The position numbers were made by a program, and so were the translations under genes. Shown in pieces: positions 12,189-24,600 of a DNA stretch of 64,000 nucleotides. The DNA lies in contig OX597821.1 in the NCBI GenBank assembly GCA_951406725.2, positions 55,118,001 to 55,182,000 of the forward strand. The letters are read 5' to 3'. The stretch's first letter is position 1. Every line of letters starts with the position of its first letter. The DNA is from Octopus vulgaris. Its lineage: Eukaryota. The notes below the pieces were generated by a model. That model did not search any database. It had not been told where the DNA came from and saw nothing but the letters and a program-made list of their open reading frames with translations.

Positions 12189-13878
12189 CAGTCAGCGAAG
12201 GTACACCGTTTGGTGCGCACCTGAGTCTCAGGTAAATCACTTCTGATTCCGTCGAGTATTCTTGTTTATCTGATTGTTAGTGCCTATTGTTGAATATTAT
12301 TGAAGACTGTTGCTATTTTGTCTGCAGGCCTGTGTATTTGTTTGTTTTCTTTCTCCTATTTAGAGGTGAAGAGACTTTGAAAAAATGAATTGCGAACCGG
12401 AACGAGCCCATGCCGAGAGCCATGCTTCGGCGGCTAGAAGCCGTAGCACCGCGACGAATGCGCTGGAGGTGCGGGAAGTGAAAATTGAAAGAAAGAAGTT
12501 GGAGAGTTGCAACGAACTGATTTAGAAGGAGGAGTCAAGTTTAAGGTTGACCCCCCTCCCCAGAGGAAATAACCAGCAGAACGAAAAGGACAAAACGCTG
12601 TCCATAACCAATAAGAAAATAGAGATGGCATCAGAGGGAGCCATTGAAAATGTATGAAAGAAGTGAAGAGTGCTGCGACATTCTACACTAGAGGGAGAAG
12701 ATATGGCATAGTGGAGGTGAGGTTTACCACCGAAGAAGAGGCAATAAATCACTCCACTGTGCCGCTAAGATCACAAGAATGGGTGTCCCTGCCGATCTAC
12801 TGCGGCAAAAAAGTTGCAAGAAATCGAAGAAGCGTGTCTGGTGGCAGCCGTGATGAACGGAACCAAATAGGACGCAAAAGTTAATCCAAGTTGCAAGAAC
12901 GAAGAAAATGAATTGGCGAGATTACAGCCTGGAAATGGTTATTCAGCAAGACTTGAATGAAATAGCAGAAGAGGTGCTGTTGCCTGAAGATGCAAAGCTG
13001 AGAGTGGTGGTAGAAGGAAGACCTGCTACCACTGTAGAGAAAAAGAGCACATTAAAATAAAGTTCCCTGGATAAGCAGTGAAACCACAGAGAACCAGGAA
13101 GAACAAAGTAGGAGTACCGTAACGGCAGCCCGAGCCGAGCCCAGGAGGAGTGTATGGAAGATACAGAGGAGGAAGGATTCGCCGAAGTATCGAAAAGGAA
13201 GAAAAAGGAAACGGTGAAAGTACGATGAAGAAGAGGAAGAATAGCAAAACAGATTATACAACAAGCATACAACACACAAAGTACACCCATACAGCATACA
13301 TCACCACCAGTAACACCACAAAGAAAGGAAACCGCCCCAGATAGTCCGAGTTCACAAGCACAGTCCCGTCAAAGCCCCTCTAAAAACAAAGTATACATGA
13401 TGACATATACTAAAAGCATGGCAATTGAACGAAAAATCATCAAGTTCAAATCGGTGTTTAGAGTTAAATTGCCGGGAGAAGAATACACAGAAAATACAAA
13501 AAGCATACTGATATACAGGGAAAGACACGCTAAATTGAGGAAATTGTTCGGTTCAAAAAATGACCCGTTAGGATTGAAGGTGGTGTATGATACCCTACCT
13601 CCAGTCGTAGAGTATGAAGAATTAATACCATATATAAACTGGTAAAAAGATGCAAGTAAATTTTAATACTATATAAAAAAACATATAAAAATGTTATAAA
13701 ATCAAAAATAATTATGTGTAACCACTCGAGATTGTGGTTCGCGTGGCCATTTCACCTTCATTTATTATATAATTCATTCCCATTCATTCGTTTATGTTTT
13801 GGGTCCCCACTTTGCATTTGTATTGTCTGTCCTTGTTTGTCCCTTCTGTGTAGGGCCCCGGTGGCCAATAAAGAAATA
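12189..13878 (+). mobile_element. ORF1-only (HAL1-like) non-autonomous retroelement
   Basis: ATG at 12385; broken ORF with RRM-like RYGIVEVRFTTEEEA, LRVVVEGRP and zinc knuckle CYHCREKEHIKIKF (13024-13065); no ORF2; same 3' tail as the upstream LINE. Confidence 0.72.
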
Positions 13879-15494
13879 CAGTCAGCGAGGTACACAGTTC
13901 GGGCCAGTCCTGCAGAAACGACGAAATACGCCGTCATAATGCGGGACATAACAATTATGGGTTCCCGGAGATTTTAAGACAACAAAAGGGAGAGTGAAAA
14001 GTACTTTTCCATTTGCTGATTACTTCCCTCCGATATTCTGTTTTAAAATCTGACACCATGCATCGGGCTTTCTTGTGAAAGATGGAGAAGTTCTAGAATA
14101 GAATAAACAAATTCCATACCGATGGGTGAAAACACAACTGAACTGTTCAGTTGTATCTTGGACAGTTTGGCAACAACACAAAGAAAAAGCTCTTTAACGT
14201 AGACTTTTAAAACAATTTTAAACAAACATATATGAGCCATTTGAAGAGCGTCTTACCAATACCAAAACAATAACAACAACAATAATAATTTTTTTTTTAC
14301 TGACCAGAAGGACAATGACTTGCTGAAAGCCATATCAATTCGTTAATTAATAAAGTCAATATCTTAACTCTGATTTCAAAACATAAGTGAATTAGATAAT
14401 TTTAAAACATGATATTGTTAAATTATTGAATTTACAACTAATTTAATAATTTTTGTCTTTTTTACAATATTTTTTGTTATATATATAATAGAATAGTTTT
14501 TCTCTGTATATTTTATATTTCAACACCTAGTCAAAGGAGTCTATAATACATATTTCAGTTTCTCTTAACTGTAATTCAACTATTGTTACATTAATAATCA
14601 CCTTATGAATGGAATAAATGGTATACAGTCAAATTTTGATTTTCTTTCAATGTCTGACGTAGAGCATAGGCTAAAATCCATTAACGGCTATAGAGAATTA
14701 CTGATTCATACAATCGTTATATTCAATGTATCAGACTATTTAGTCAAAATATTTTAATGCTGTTTACGTTATTCTACCTGATCAATACTCTAACCCTCTA
14801 CTTGTCTATATGCCGACGAACTGTTTGAGTGACTCGGATAATTTGTTACAAATTCATGGTAAATGTTCTTCTTAAAGGCACAGTTACTTCGATTCACATC
14901 CCATTTCATTGGTAGATTATAAGTTGTAGACATTGGTGGAAAATTTTAATTGCAATAATTTCAATCCAGGTGAGGTTTGGATTCCTCGCACTGCTATAGA
15001 AAATTGTACTAACTTCTGTATTAGTGTCTAAATCACGTTGAAATTAACTGACATTATTGAAGGACAGTTGTTTGAACGAAAATGGTTTTGGAAGACTTAA
15101 AGACGAGATTCAAAGAAAGTATAAAATAAATAACACACAGAAGGTTAAGGGTTATAGACCACTAAAGAAAAGATAATACAAAAATATTTTGCAATTTGTG
15201 TTTCAGTTCTTTTTGACCATCACACCAGTGATCAAGACTTATCAACGACCACGATTGATTTTGGGCGCTGTAATTACTAGTGGTAATGTTTGAAACTTTG
15301 TTTTAATAGCTGAATGATGATAATTTCTCAATCAGTTTCCGATCGATTAACTTTTAGAAAACTATAAATTTGAAGTCTAAAAGTATTTTATCAAAATGCA
15401 GAGAATTGGAAAATAAAAGAAAAAGAATTAATCAAGAGAATATGTAGTGTGGAAATGTTTTAATTTCCTGCGACAGCAAGCAAAATTATTGTAT

Positions 15495-15526
<32 letters not shown>

Positions 15527-16434
15527 ACAGTATCACTATTGTTGCTGCATTACCGAGAGTCTAAATTTACAAATACACATGTTGTTTGTACGACCAAAAG
15601 GTTTTGTGGCTTGATTGCTTCAATCAATTTCACTAAAAATATGTATCATTGCTATTTTACATTTTCAGTGATAATCAGCAAGAAAGACGACAGCTTTATT
15701 TTGTGTTTTTTTTTTGTTTTTCCATTTCAATCATTTGCTATAGAAATTCTTAGGTAAATATTACTTACACACACACCGTAACCACCAATGGAGAAAACAT
15801 AAAAATCTGATGGCATGAACAGAAAATAAATAGAAAATGGATGGTGGTAAATGAAAATGATAATTATTTCAGAAATGATATACTTAAAAAAGATCTATCG
15901 TTCCATTTTCAAATATATGATCTATCATCATTACTTACAGATCAGTAATATATTGGATTGTCAACTGATGGCTTCATGCTATGCCAATCAGTGGAATAGT
16001 ATGTTGCTCGTAGCTAAGACACTTAAATCTAAAATAGTTCAGATTTTAGGTATTATAAGGCAGTAAAGCTTACCCCTGTTTACTATAAATATGATGGAAC
16101 AGGAAGGAATCACAGCAGCTGATTTACTCTACTTAGTAAATTACACAATGAGAGAATTTAGTGGTCATTCACGCTGCTAGAAATAGCAACCAAATTCCCC
16201 TCTAATCACATCTTCCTGCAATTATATGTCTGATGCACCCAGGCTAGACGTAAAATATAACCCTTATTTTAAACTTCAAAATATTAATTAATTAATTAGC
16301 TCATCTATTAGTGCTAAAATACACACTATATATATATGGATATATATATGGATATATATATATATGTATATATATGTGTGTATATATATATATATGTATA
16401 TATATTTATATGTATATATATATGTATGTATATA

Positions 16435-16487
<53 letters not shown>

Positions 16488-16587
16488 TAAAAAGGTAAGA
16501 TAACAAAAGAAAGAAACAGACCTCAATATTATGTAAATAGAGGAAATTTATCTGTAAAATAATATGTGACAAATATTCAATAGCCAA

Positions 16588-16648
16588 GATAAAACTCTGA
16601 GTTTCGGATGCCGTGGTGGAAATCCACAACACCATCTCTTCGGTTACC
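16588..16648 (-). ncRNA. Degenerate type I hammerhead ribozyme in a Penelope-type terminal fragment
   Basis: ggtaa-CCGAAGA-gatg..catc(c)-GAAA-ctcagag-UU-ttatc; same helix III as 55991-56028; lies near a (TA)n tract. Confidence 0.55.
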
Positions 16649-16659
16649 TGGCAACCCAT

Positions 16660-16822
16660 GTGGGTGTGTTTACGGCCCCGTAACCTTAGTGGTTTGGCAA
16701 AAGAGACCGATAAAATAAGTACTAAGCTTACAAAGCGCAAACCCTGGAGTCGATTTGTTCGATGATTCTCATACTAAAGGCGGTGCACCAACATGGTCGT
16801 AGTCAAATGACTGAAACAAAAG
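16660..16822 (+). mobile_element. SINE family C, 3' fragment
   Basis: gtgtttacg..ccgtaac..ggcaaaagagaccgata..gcggtgc..gtcaaatgactgaaacaa. Confidence 0.75.
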
Positions 16823-16899
16823 AATATATATATATATACATGCATACATACATACTCACGTATACACACGTATACACACATACACATGCATACACATAC

Positions 16900-16959
<60 letters not shown>

Positions 16960-18779
16960 TATATATATAAACATATATTTCCACACATGAACACTTATGT
17001 ACTTACATGTAACAGAACAGAACACGAGAACCAGAAATATACAAACATAATTCGTTACCAAAGGCTTCCCCATTCGTTTCATCTGGCCCCCTACTATTTT
17101 AGCCTATAATGAGTCATCGCATAGTTTATTAGACAGTAGACTGAGAAATAAATTGTTTGCGATTGATTTGTAGTGATGATTGAGTATCATAGAGATCAAC
17201 ACGTGTCTTTAAGAAGTAATGACAAAATCGACATGAAAATATACAGTTCGTTGTATATTTAAAAAGAAAGGAATCTAATGCAATACTGACAGATTGCTGA
17301 GTTAGCAGTGAAAGGAGGAAGTCTTAAACAATATTGTTCTGAGTCGATTTAGATGCTGAAGAACCTGTAAGTAGATAGAACACTAAACGACGCACCTAAG
17401 AGAAAATAACGAACCATCAACATATAAATTATTAAAGATAAACTGTGTAATGTAATTTCTTTCTATTGTTGAATGACAGGAGAAAACTGACAGGAGAAAA
17501 ACTGATACATGGAAATATGTAGAATTATTTCACAAAGCAGTCACTCTTACTAAAATGAAAACAGATACATTGAAATAGACGCAGGTATTGGCGTCTATGG
17601 TCCGTTGCCTCTACGCGGTACATAGGCAACGACTTTTTACTTCAATTTTGGATTGCTGGCATAAGTCGAACCGACACCAATCAATGAATCTATAATATCC
17701 CAAAGCATAAGCTGACAGATTGAATGATCACAGGCATCCAGCACAGATTAAATAGACGCCATTCCACAACGGACATCATACACAAATATACAAATATGGG
17801 CATGTATTTTTTTTCTGTGTGCAAAGGACGATGTAAACACAAGGGAAAATACAAAAATTAAAAAAATGAAAAGTGCACTGCTGTCGACTTTCTTTGCGAT
17901 ATTTGTTCTGTAGCGAGTCAGATACTTTCTTGTTATTGTCGCCATCAGAAATTTGTTGAACCAAATAAATACCTTCAATAAAATTGAACTGAAGTTATTT
18001 AAAATGGCGTCCATTCAGCCATTTTGTTCTAGTCATATATTACCATCAATACTTAGGAAATCAGATTTAAAGCAGAAATTGTTACAAACATCACGACTCT
18101 CACATGATTCTATATTAGAGGATATTGAAGAATGTAGGAACTCTTACACAGCACAAATACTTCGAATAACAGCTAGCAATTATATAGAATTACTAATAAG
18201 TGTTCGTTTTGAAGAATTCATTTAAATATTAAAATATTGATGACTTATGGACCCAAGCGTAAAGTTATATGTTCTGCGTGATAGAGTAAATTTTGTTGAC
18301 TGCGTTTTCAATTCTGCCAACAATATATTCCAAATTTAGCAGCATTAAAAGCATCTTTAACCGCAAGGAAATTATAACTTACCAAGATGGCTGTCAAAAT
18401 TTATTTACATTGCTAGGCTTTTTAATTATCATCTCCAAACATCAATATATTCCCATGTAATACAATACTAAATCACTGTATGGGAAAATTTGAATATTCA
18501 TCTCAATCATTTCACTGCAGTACAATGTTATATAAGTACTACGCACAAAAATACTAAAAATAAAGAACAACTAGATTTTAATAACTTTCTGCTGCTACGG
18601 TTCCTCCTGAAAGTAATTATCCTACGATAATTCTGGTTGCCTTTGCGTTACTTCGCCCGGCGGTAACGCTTTCACGTGATTAGGGAAAATGACAGAAAGT
18701 AAAGGAGCTATAAAAAGAAGGAAGGAGAAAAAGAGAGAGAAGTGCCCATGATGTGAGGTAGAGAGAATGTAATTGTAAC

Positions 18780-19000
18780 GCTATTACGTGATTAGTTGAA
18801 GAGAAAGAGAGAAGAAAGAAAAAGGAGTGAGATAATGAGGATAAGGTGAAGAGTGAGACAGAAAGAGGGAGAGAGAAGCGTTCATGATTTATTACGTGGT
18901 TTAAAAAGCTAGTTGAAGGAAAGTTAAAAATATAATTTTAGCAGAGGGTTGATGTTCTGATGGTGAGGTTAAAGAAGGACAGAGAGAGAGAGAGAGAGAA
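18780..19000 (-). repeat. Unclassified interspersed repeat, copy 3
   Basis: Reverse complement resembles 5700-5985 (aacctcaccatcagaacatcaaccctctgctaaa..tttaaaccacgtaataaa). Confidence 0.55.
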
Positions 19001-19185
19001 GAGGGAGTGAGGGAGAGGAGAGAGAAAGAGGAAGAAGAGATGATGATGGTGGTGGTGGTGATTGGATAGTGAAAATGTATTTTTTAAATTGAACTAAGCT
19101 TTATATCACCTGTCACTTAACGCATGCGCCTAAGTGTAATTCTGTGAAATATTCACGCTTATTTACATGGCAGATATACTATTAC

Positions 19186-19677
19186 TCTCTCTTTACTTGT
19201 TTCAGTCATTTGACTGTGGCCATGCCGGAGCACTGCCTTTAGTTGAGCAAATGGACCCCAGGACTTATTCTTTGTAAGCTTAGTACTTATTCTATCGGTC
19301 TCTTTTGCCGAACCGCTAAATTATGGGGACATAAACACACTAGCATTGGTTGCCAAGCGAGGTTGGGGGGGGGGGCACATACATACATACACACACACAC
19401 ATACATATATATACAATACAGATAAAGGGTGAAATATAATTAATTTAATTTATTTTCGGTATGTGGTTTAAGCAACTTGTTGCAAAAACCCTTATTATAA
19501 TTATAAAAAATATATGTATATATATACGACGGGCTCGTCTACCAAATCCACCCACAAGGCTTTGGTCGGCCCGAGGCTATAGCAGAAGACACTTGTCCAA
19601 GGTGCCACGCAGTGGGACTGAACCTAGAACCATGTGGCTGGTAAGCAAGCTACTTACCACACAGCCAATTCTACGCC
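19186..19677 (-). mobile_element. tRNA-derived SINE family C (CORE-like, internal microsatellite)
   Basis: Head tggctgtgtggtaagtagcttgc..ggttcagtccc, gtggcaccttggacaagtgtcttc, tail gtcaaatgactgaaacaagtaaagag. Confidence 0.85.
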
Positions 19678-20740
19678 TATAATATGCAATTTAACTAAAG
19701 GTCGTATCATTTATACTGGACACTTTTTGTTTGTTTATGAGGAAGATGGGAAAATAAAAGTGTATATTTTGTGAGTGTTGTGTTTTAAATCTATAAAATT
19801 GTGCTTAAAGTATGTAAAGTGTATATATAAAGTGCATTAAGTAATCATGGCAAGTATTCCATTTTCTTTCACTTTTCAATGTGTAGCAGATGAGAAACTA
19901 TCTTTCCATGCAGACACAACACGCTACGCCTTCATTTTTTTTTGGGGGGGGGGATAAAATTTTCAATTCCGTGAAATATTCACAGATCCAGCTAGTTATA
20001 ATCATTAAAGAAGTAAAAGAAAAGCAGCACATGCCACAGATCTTTAAGGCCTCTTAGAATAAGTGTAATAGGGATGCCTGGACAAAACTTTGATGCAATG
20101 GCATCTCATAGCTAGGCCGTAGTTTTACATCAAAATTGTCTTCCCACAACTATGATTATATATAACACGATATTTAGTGGGTTATTTAGTGGTGTTATTT
20201 AGTCGCAGTTACAGGTTCGATATCTTCTCGCTAGATATAGAAGCTGATTGGCAGAATTGTTAGGTGACAGGACAAAATGCATTGCAGTACTTGTTCTGGT
20301 TTTACGCTCTGTATTCAAATCCACCGGTGTCACATTTGCCTTTTAGTTTTCTGGTCTCGATAAAATAAACTATTACTGGCCCGGAATTGTCATTCTGCCA
20401 ATAGAAACTGTACACTTCAAACTTAGCAGTATTAAACGCATCTTTAACATAACTTAGTTTGTCATTAACTTTAATATCAACACCCTTGGGTGTCTTAAGC
20501 AGAGTCCTCTTCCTCGAAGGTATTTGAATAGTTATCTGGTTTGGAGATAAACCCCCCCCCCTTTCTTTCCACTAGTTTAGAGAGCTGAAATATTAACGGT
20601 TCATGGGGGAAGGCCCTCCCTCTCTGCTTTAGCACTGAAAAAGAAAAAAAAAATTCAATAACATCTAAAAAAACGTCTTGAGTTAAATCACTGCGAATAT
20701 ATACATATTTTTTTTTACCGAATATTTACCATTTACGTGT

Positions 20741-21070
20741 GGGCGTAGCTATTTGATAAGCTTGCTTCCCAACTATGTGGTCTTGGGTTCAATCCCTTTG
20801 CGTGGAACTTTGGGCAAGTGTCTTCTACTATAGTCACGGGTTGACCAAAGCCTTGTGAAGGAAATTAGTTGACGGAAACTGAAGGAAGACCCTCGTATAT
20901 GTGATGTTTGTCTCTGTGTGTGTATATATGTATGTGAGTTGTTTTCGTTTGTATCCCTACCGTTTAATGACCATTGTTGGTTTGTTTACGCCGCTGTAGC
21001 TTGAAAGTTCAGTAAAAAGAGACCAGTAGCGTTAAAACTGAAGACCAGAAAATGAAACAAGTAAAAAGAT
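20741..21070 (+). mobile_element. SINE family C, decayed
   Basis: ggcgtagct..gcttgcttcccaac..gggttcaatccc..ttgggcaagtgtcttctactatag..tgaaacaagtaaaaagat. Confidence 0.75.
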
Positions 21071-21431
21071 AAAGGATGTCAACTTGGTTGATTAATTATT
21101 GATACTTTATATAACAAAACCAGAAGTTTTAGAGGAAGAGACGTTAGATTACATTGACAGGGTATTTTTTTTTTTTGTATTTGTTTTCACTACAGAAGTC
21201 GGAAGGGCAAAATAGAATTTGAGCGAAATTCCATCACAGACCGGAAAGGACTGTAACTAATAATGTAATGCACTGTTCGCCCCTTTAACGATTCTGCAAA
21301 ATCGATGTTATTCCCCAGGCAAAACTTGTTTTTAATGCTCCCCTTTGAGATTAAAAAATGAAGCATTTAATGCTCCTGTCAACAGAACATTTCTCAGGAT
21401 TAATGTAGGGGAAAAAGATAGTCTTTATGTT

Positions 21432-21692
21432 TCACTTGTTTCAGCCATTAGACTACGGCCATTCTTGGGTGCAGCCTTGAAGAATTTTAGTCGATTGAAT
21501 TGATCCCAGTACTTATATTTTTAAGCCAGGGACTTATACTATCGATCTCTTTTGCTGAACTGGTAAGTTACGGGGACATAAATACACCAACACCGATTGT
21601 CAAGCTAGGGTGCGGAACAGACAGACATACACACACACATGCATACACATGCATACGATAGGTTTCTTTCAGTCTCCATCTACGAAATCCAC
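21432..21692 (-). mobile_element. SINE family C, 5'-truncated
   Basis: Matches the 3' two-thirds of 19186-19677. Confidence 0.75.
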
Positions 21693-22032
21693 TCTCGCTT
21701 CACCTCTCTCTCTCTATATATATATGTATGTATGTATATATGTATACACACACACATATGTGGATTATAAATCTGAAAATAAGCAGAGTCTGAACGATAG
21801 CGCAGTAATGTATTAACAAAATTAATAATATGGCCGGTTATAGCTCGACCACTGATTCCGCATTCATAAAGCGATTAGCTTTATAGACAACTCGTCAGAC
21901 TCCAATGGCCGCAGACATACATATATATATATATATATATAAAGAGAGTGATTGTGCGAGTGAAATGAGTGATAAATGGAAGGGGGAAGATGCGGAAGAA
22001 TCGATCCCACTACTAGAATGGTATTTAAATAA

Positions 22033-22207
22033 GGTGGTGAGCCGGCAGAATCGTTAGCACACCGGGCAAAATGCTTAGCCGCATTTAATCCGTCTTTACA
22101 TTCTATGTCCAAATTCCACCGAGATCGACTTTGCCTTTCATCCTTTCAGGGTCGATAAAATAAGCCCCCGTCTTCCAAAGTTGATGGCTTTGTGCTAAAA
22201 TTTGAAA
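22033..22207 (+). mobile_element. SINE family A, alternative tail
   Basis: ggtggtgagccggcagaatcgttagcac..gactttgcctttcatcctttcagggtcgataaa. Confidence 0.75.
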
Positions 22208-24057
22208 GTAGTGTATTGCCTCGAAATAAAATTTAGTCATGAGTTGATTTGTATTCAGACCTCAGAATCAAGGTAAGTAGTTTGAGAGATAGTGTAATGC
22301 TGTGTAATAATCTGAAACAAAGTAGCAAAGTGTACGCTTAAGGTAAGATTTCATTAGATCCCTGCAATGAAGATTTAGACCAAATACACACTACCATTTA
22401 ATAACATTCGCAGTGTGTATAGAAGAATGACGCCGTGCGCGTGTCAGGGTGAGGAGCGTGAATGTATGAGTACGTTTCCATCTGTAAGTGTACTGGTACG
22501 TGTATGTGTATGTACAACTAGATAATTAAGAACGTATCACTTGATGAAAACACTTCAATATTTAAAAAAAATATTCATTTAATATTTATAGATTTCTTGC
22601 ATTAGTTCAACAGTTTCTATTTCATAATTAAGTGCTGAAGGCAAGGTGAAACAAACACTTAGAACCTAAACGAAATATAATCACATTACAAAAAAGAAAG
22701 ACACGTACATACACAGATACACATATGGAAATTTGTACATTGTACATCTTGGTGTAAGGTTTCAAATTGCTTCTTGAAAGATAAGAATAATACTCGGAGA
22801 CAGACCTATTTATTGATAGATCATTATTGCTGCTAAATTTTGATGTAGTCATAGAAACACGCAACAGTACGTAAAGCCCACGCATACAACTTGAAGTAAT
22901 CGGAGAAACAGCAATAAATAAACAACAGTATTTATGTGACTTTTATATTTAATTAAAAGCATGCGTATATTCATGTATATGTATCTGCGTGTTTACTAAG
23001 ACAACGGGGGATATTATTGCAGCATAAAAGTCCAGAATCCAGCAGCTAATTAGAAAGCATAGCCATTACACTTGCTGATTCTAAACAAGACAAAACTTAA
23101 TCCAGGAATATTAACTGTTAGAAGAACCTTTTGCATAGCAGAATCAGAGATAATTGTGAAGCAGGTCAGATCTCGATCATATATAAATTATTCAGATTAT
23201 TGGTAACGTATTCTATAAAGCATCTTAGATGAATAAAGCAGAGGTTTCAACGGAGGTCAGTTGAATAGTATGATCAGAGCTAAATATTTGTGATGGTGGT
23301 GGATTGGTCGAATCGTATGAATGTTGAATGAAACGTCTTGCAGTTGAAGACTTTTATATTTTGTTAAGAATTCAAATCTCGTCGAGCTCAATTTTTTCTT
23401 TCATCATTATAGGTCAATCTTTATCTATACTTCTCAAAGTAGTATAGGCATGATGTTCCTTAGTTGTGCATGGTGATTCTACTGGATATTCAGTAATGGG
23501 CATTTGGCGGGTTTAGAGGTTTTTGAAAATGAATCCGAAGCGAAATGTAACATAAGAATCATTTGACATTATTTAGACAGAATAAAAAAAAAACATTAAA
23601 AGAATATTTTACGCAAGAGAAAACATTGTGGTCAACAAAAAACTAAAGAGGACGCCGAGATTTCGTAATTTACGAAGAGTTATTTTCAAGCGATTTTTCA
23701 AGCAGTATTTTGTTGAATATCAACATGGTTAGATGGTTTCAAAAAGATAGTCCTAAAAAAGTAGAAAAGATTTAAAGTAAAACAATTGCTTGTAGATATG
23801 TAGCCACTAGCTGTGCAATTATTGAATAGAAAAAGATAATTTTTCGCAACATCTTAATGATATTGAGGGAGCAGGATATAATTCTCGCTACATACTACGA
23901 AGGGAATTAAAGCTTCTTTTCCATTTACATCTGCTATCTGACTCTAATTGCGAATAATGAAGAATTTAATTGGTTTTGATTTAGACAATAAAGTTGCTTA
24001 ATTCAGAACTTACTCTTATGCTTCATTTGTTTCTCTGTTGTGTCTATTCAAATACAC

Positions 24058-24170
24058 ACACATACATACATACATACATACATACATACATACATACATA
24101 CATACATACATACATACATACATACATACATACATACATACATACATACGTACATACATACATACGTACA
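24058..24170. repeat. (TACA)n microsatellite
   Basis: Directly visible. Confidence 0.95.
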
Positions 24171-24184
24171 TCCATAGTTCCCTC

Positions 24185-24600
24185 TGTTGTGGAATACATT
24201 CGCAAACACCAACCCAAGGAATACTGATGGAATATTCCCATCAAAACGTCTGTGAAATGTAAACGTAACAGGCTGGATATTGTTGTTTGGGACAAAAGGG
24301 CAATGGTATGGACCGTCATAGATCGAAGAAAAAAGGATATCAATAGATAACTGTTTCGAATCCTCCAGCTTCTATTCCTGATTATGAATTCACATTCATA
24401 CCAATAATAATTAGAGCACTAGAGTTTGTTAGTAAATGCTTAAAGGAGAATCTGGATAAACTGGTATTTTCAGAAAGAGAAATCGACCGGCTAATTCGTA
24501 CATTACAAGTGAGTGGAACAGTAAAAATATACAAGACTTTTCTCCAGTTCCAGATGTGAATTTGTGTTAACAACATCCCAAAGATGGATCCTTGTATCTT
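24185..24600 (+). mobile_element. REL-endonuclease (R4/NeSL-like) LINE 3' remnant
   Basis: WNIPIKTSVKCKRNRLDIVVWDK..VID and FTFIPIIIRALEFVSKCLKENL..GTVKIYKTFL. Confidence 0.6.

Larger units (their letters stand above)
7894..13973 (+). mobile_element. Kolobok-like DNA transposon (internally deleted) with nested SINE/LINE insertions
   Basis: TTAA at 7890-7893 and 13974-13977; imperfect TIRs agtgtcctggaacccatca / aatctccgggaacccataa (15/19); THAP exon and convergent KolX-like exon. Confidence 0.75.

Noticed and set aside
17748-18225. Short ORFs in apparently unique sequence
   Set aside because: No recognisable domain or splice structure.
21840-21905. Minus-strand CTGACGAG..CGGAA..GTC
   Set aside because: Core mutated and helix I not complementary; at best a dead relic.
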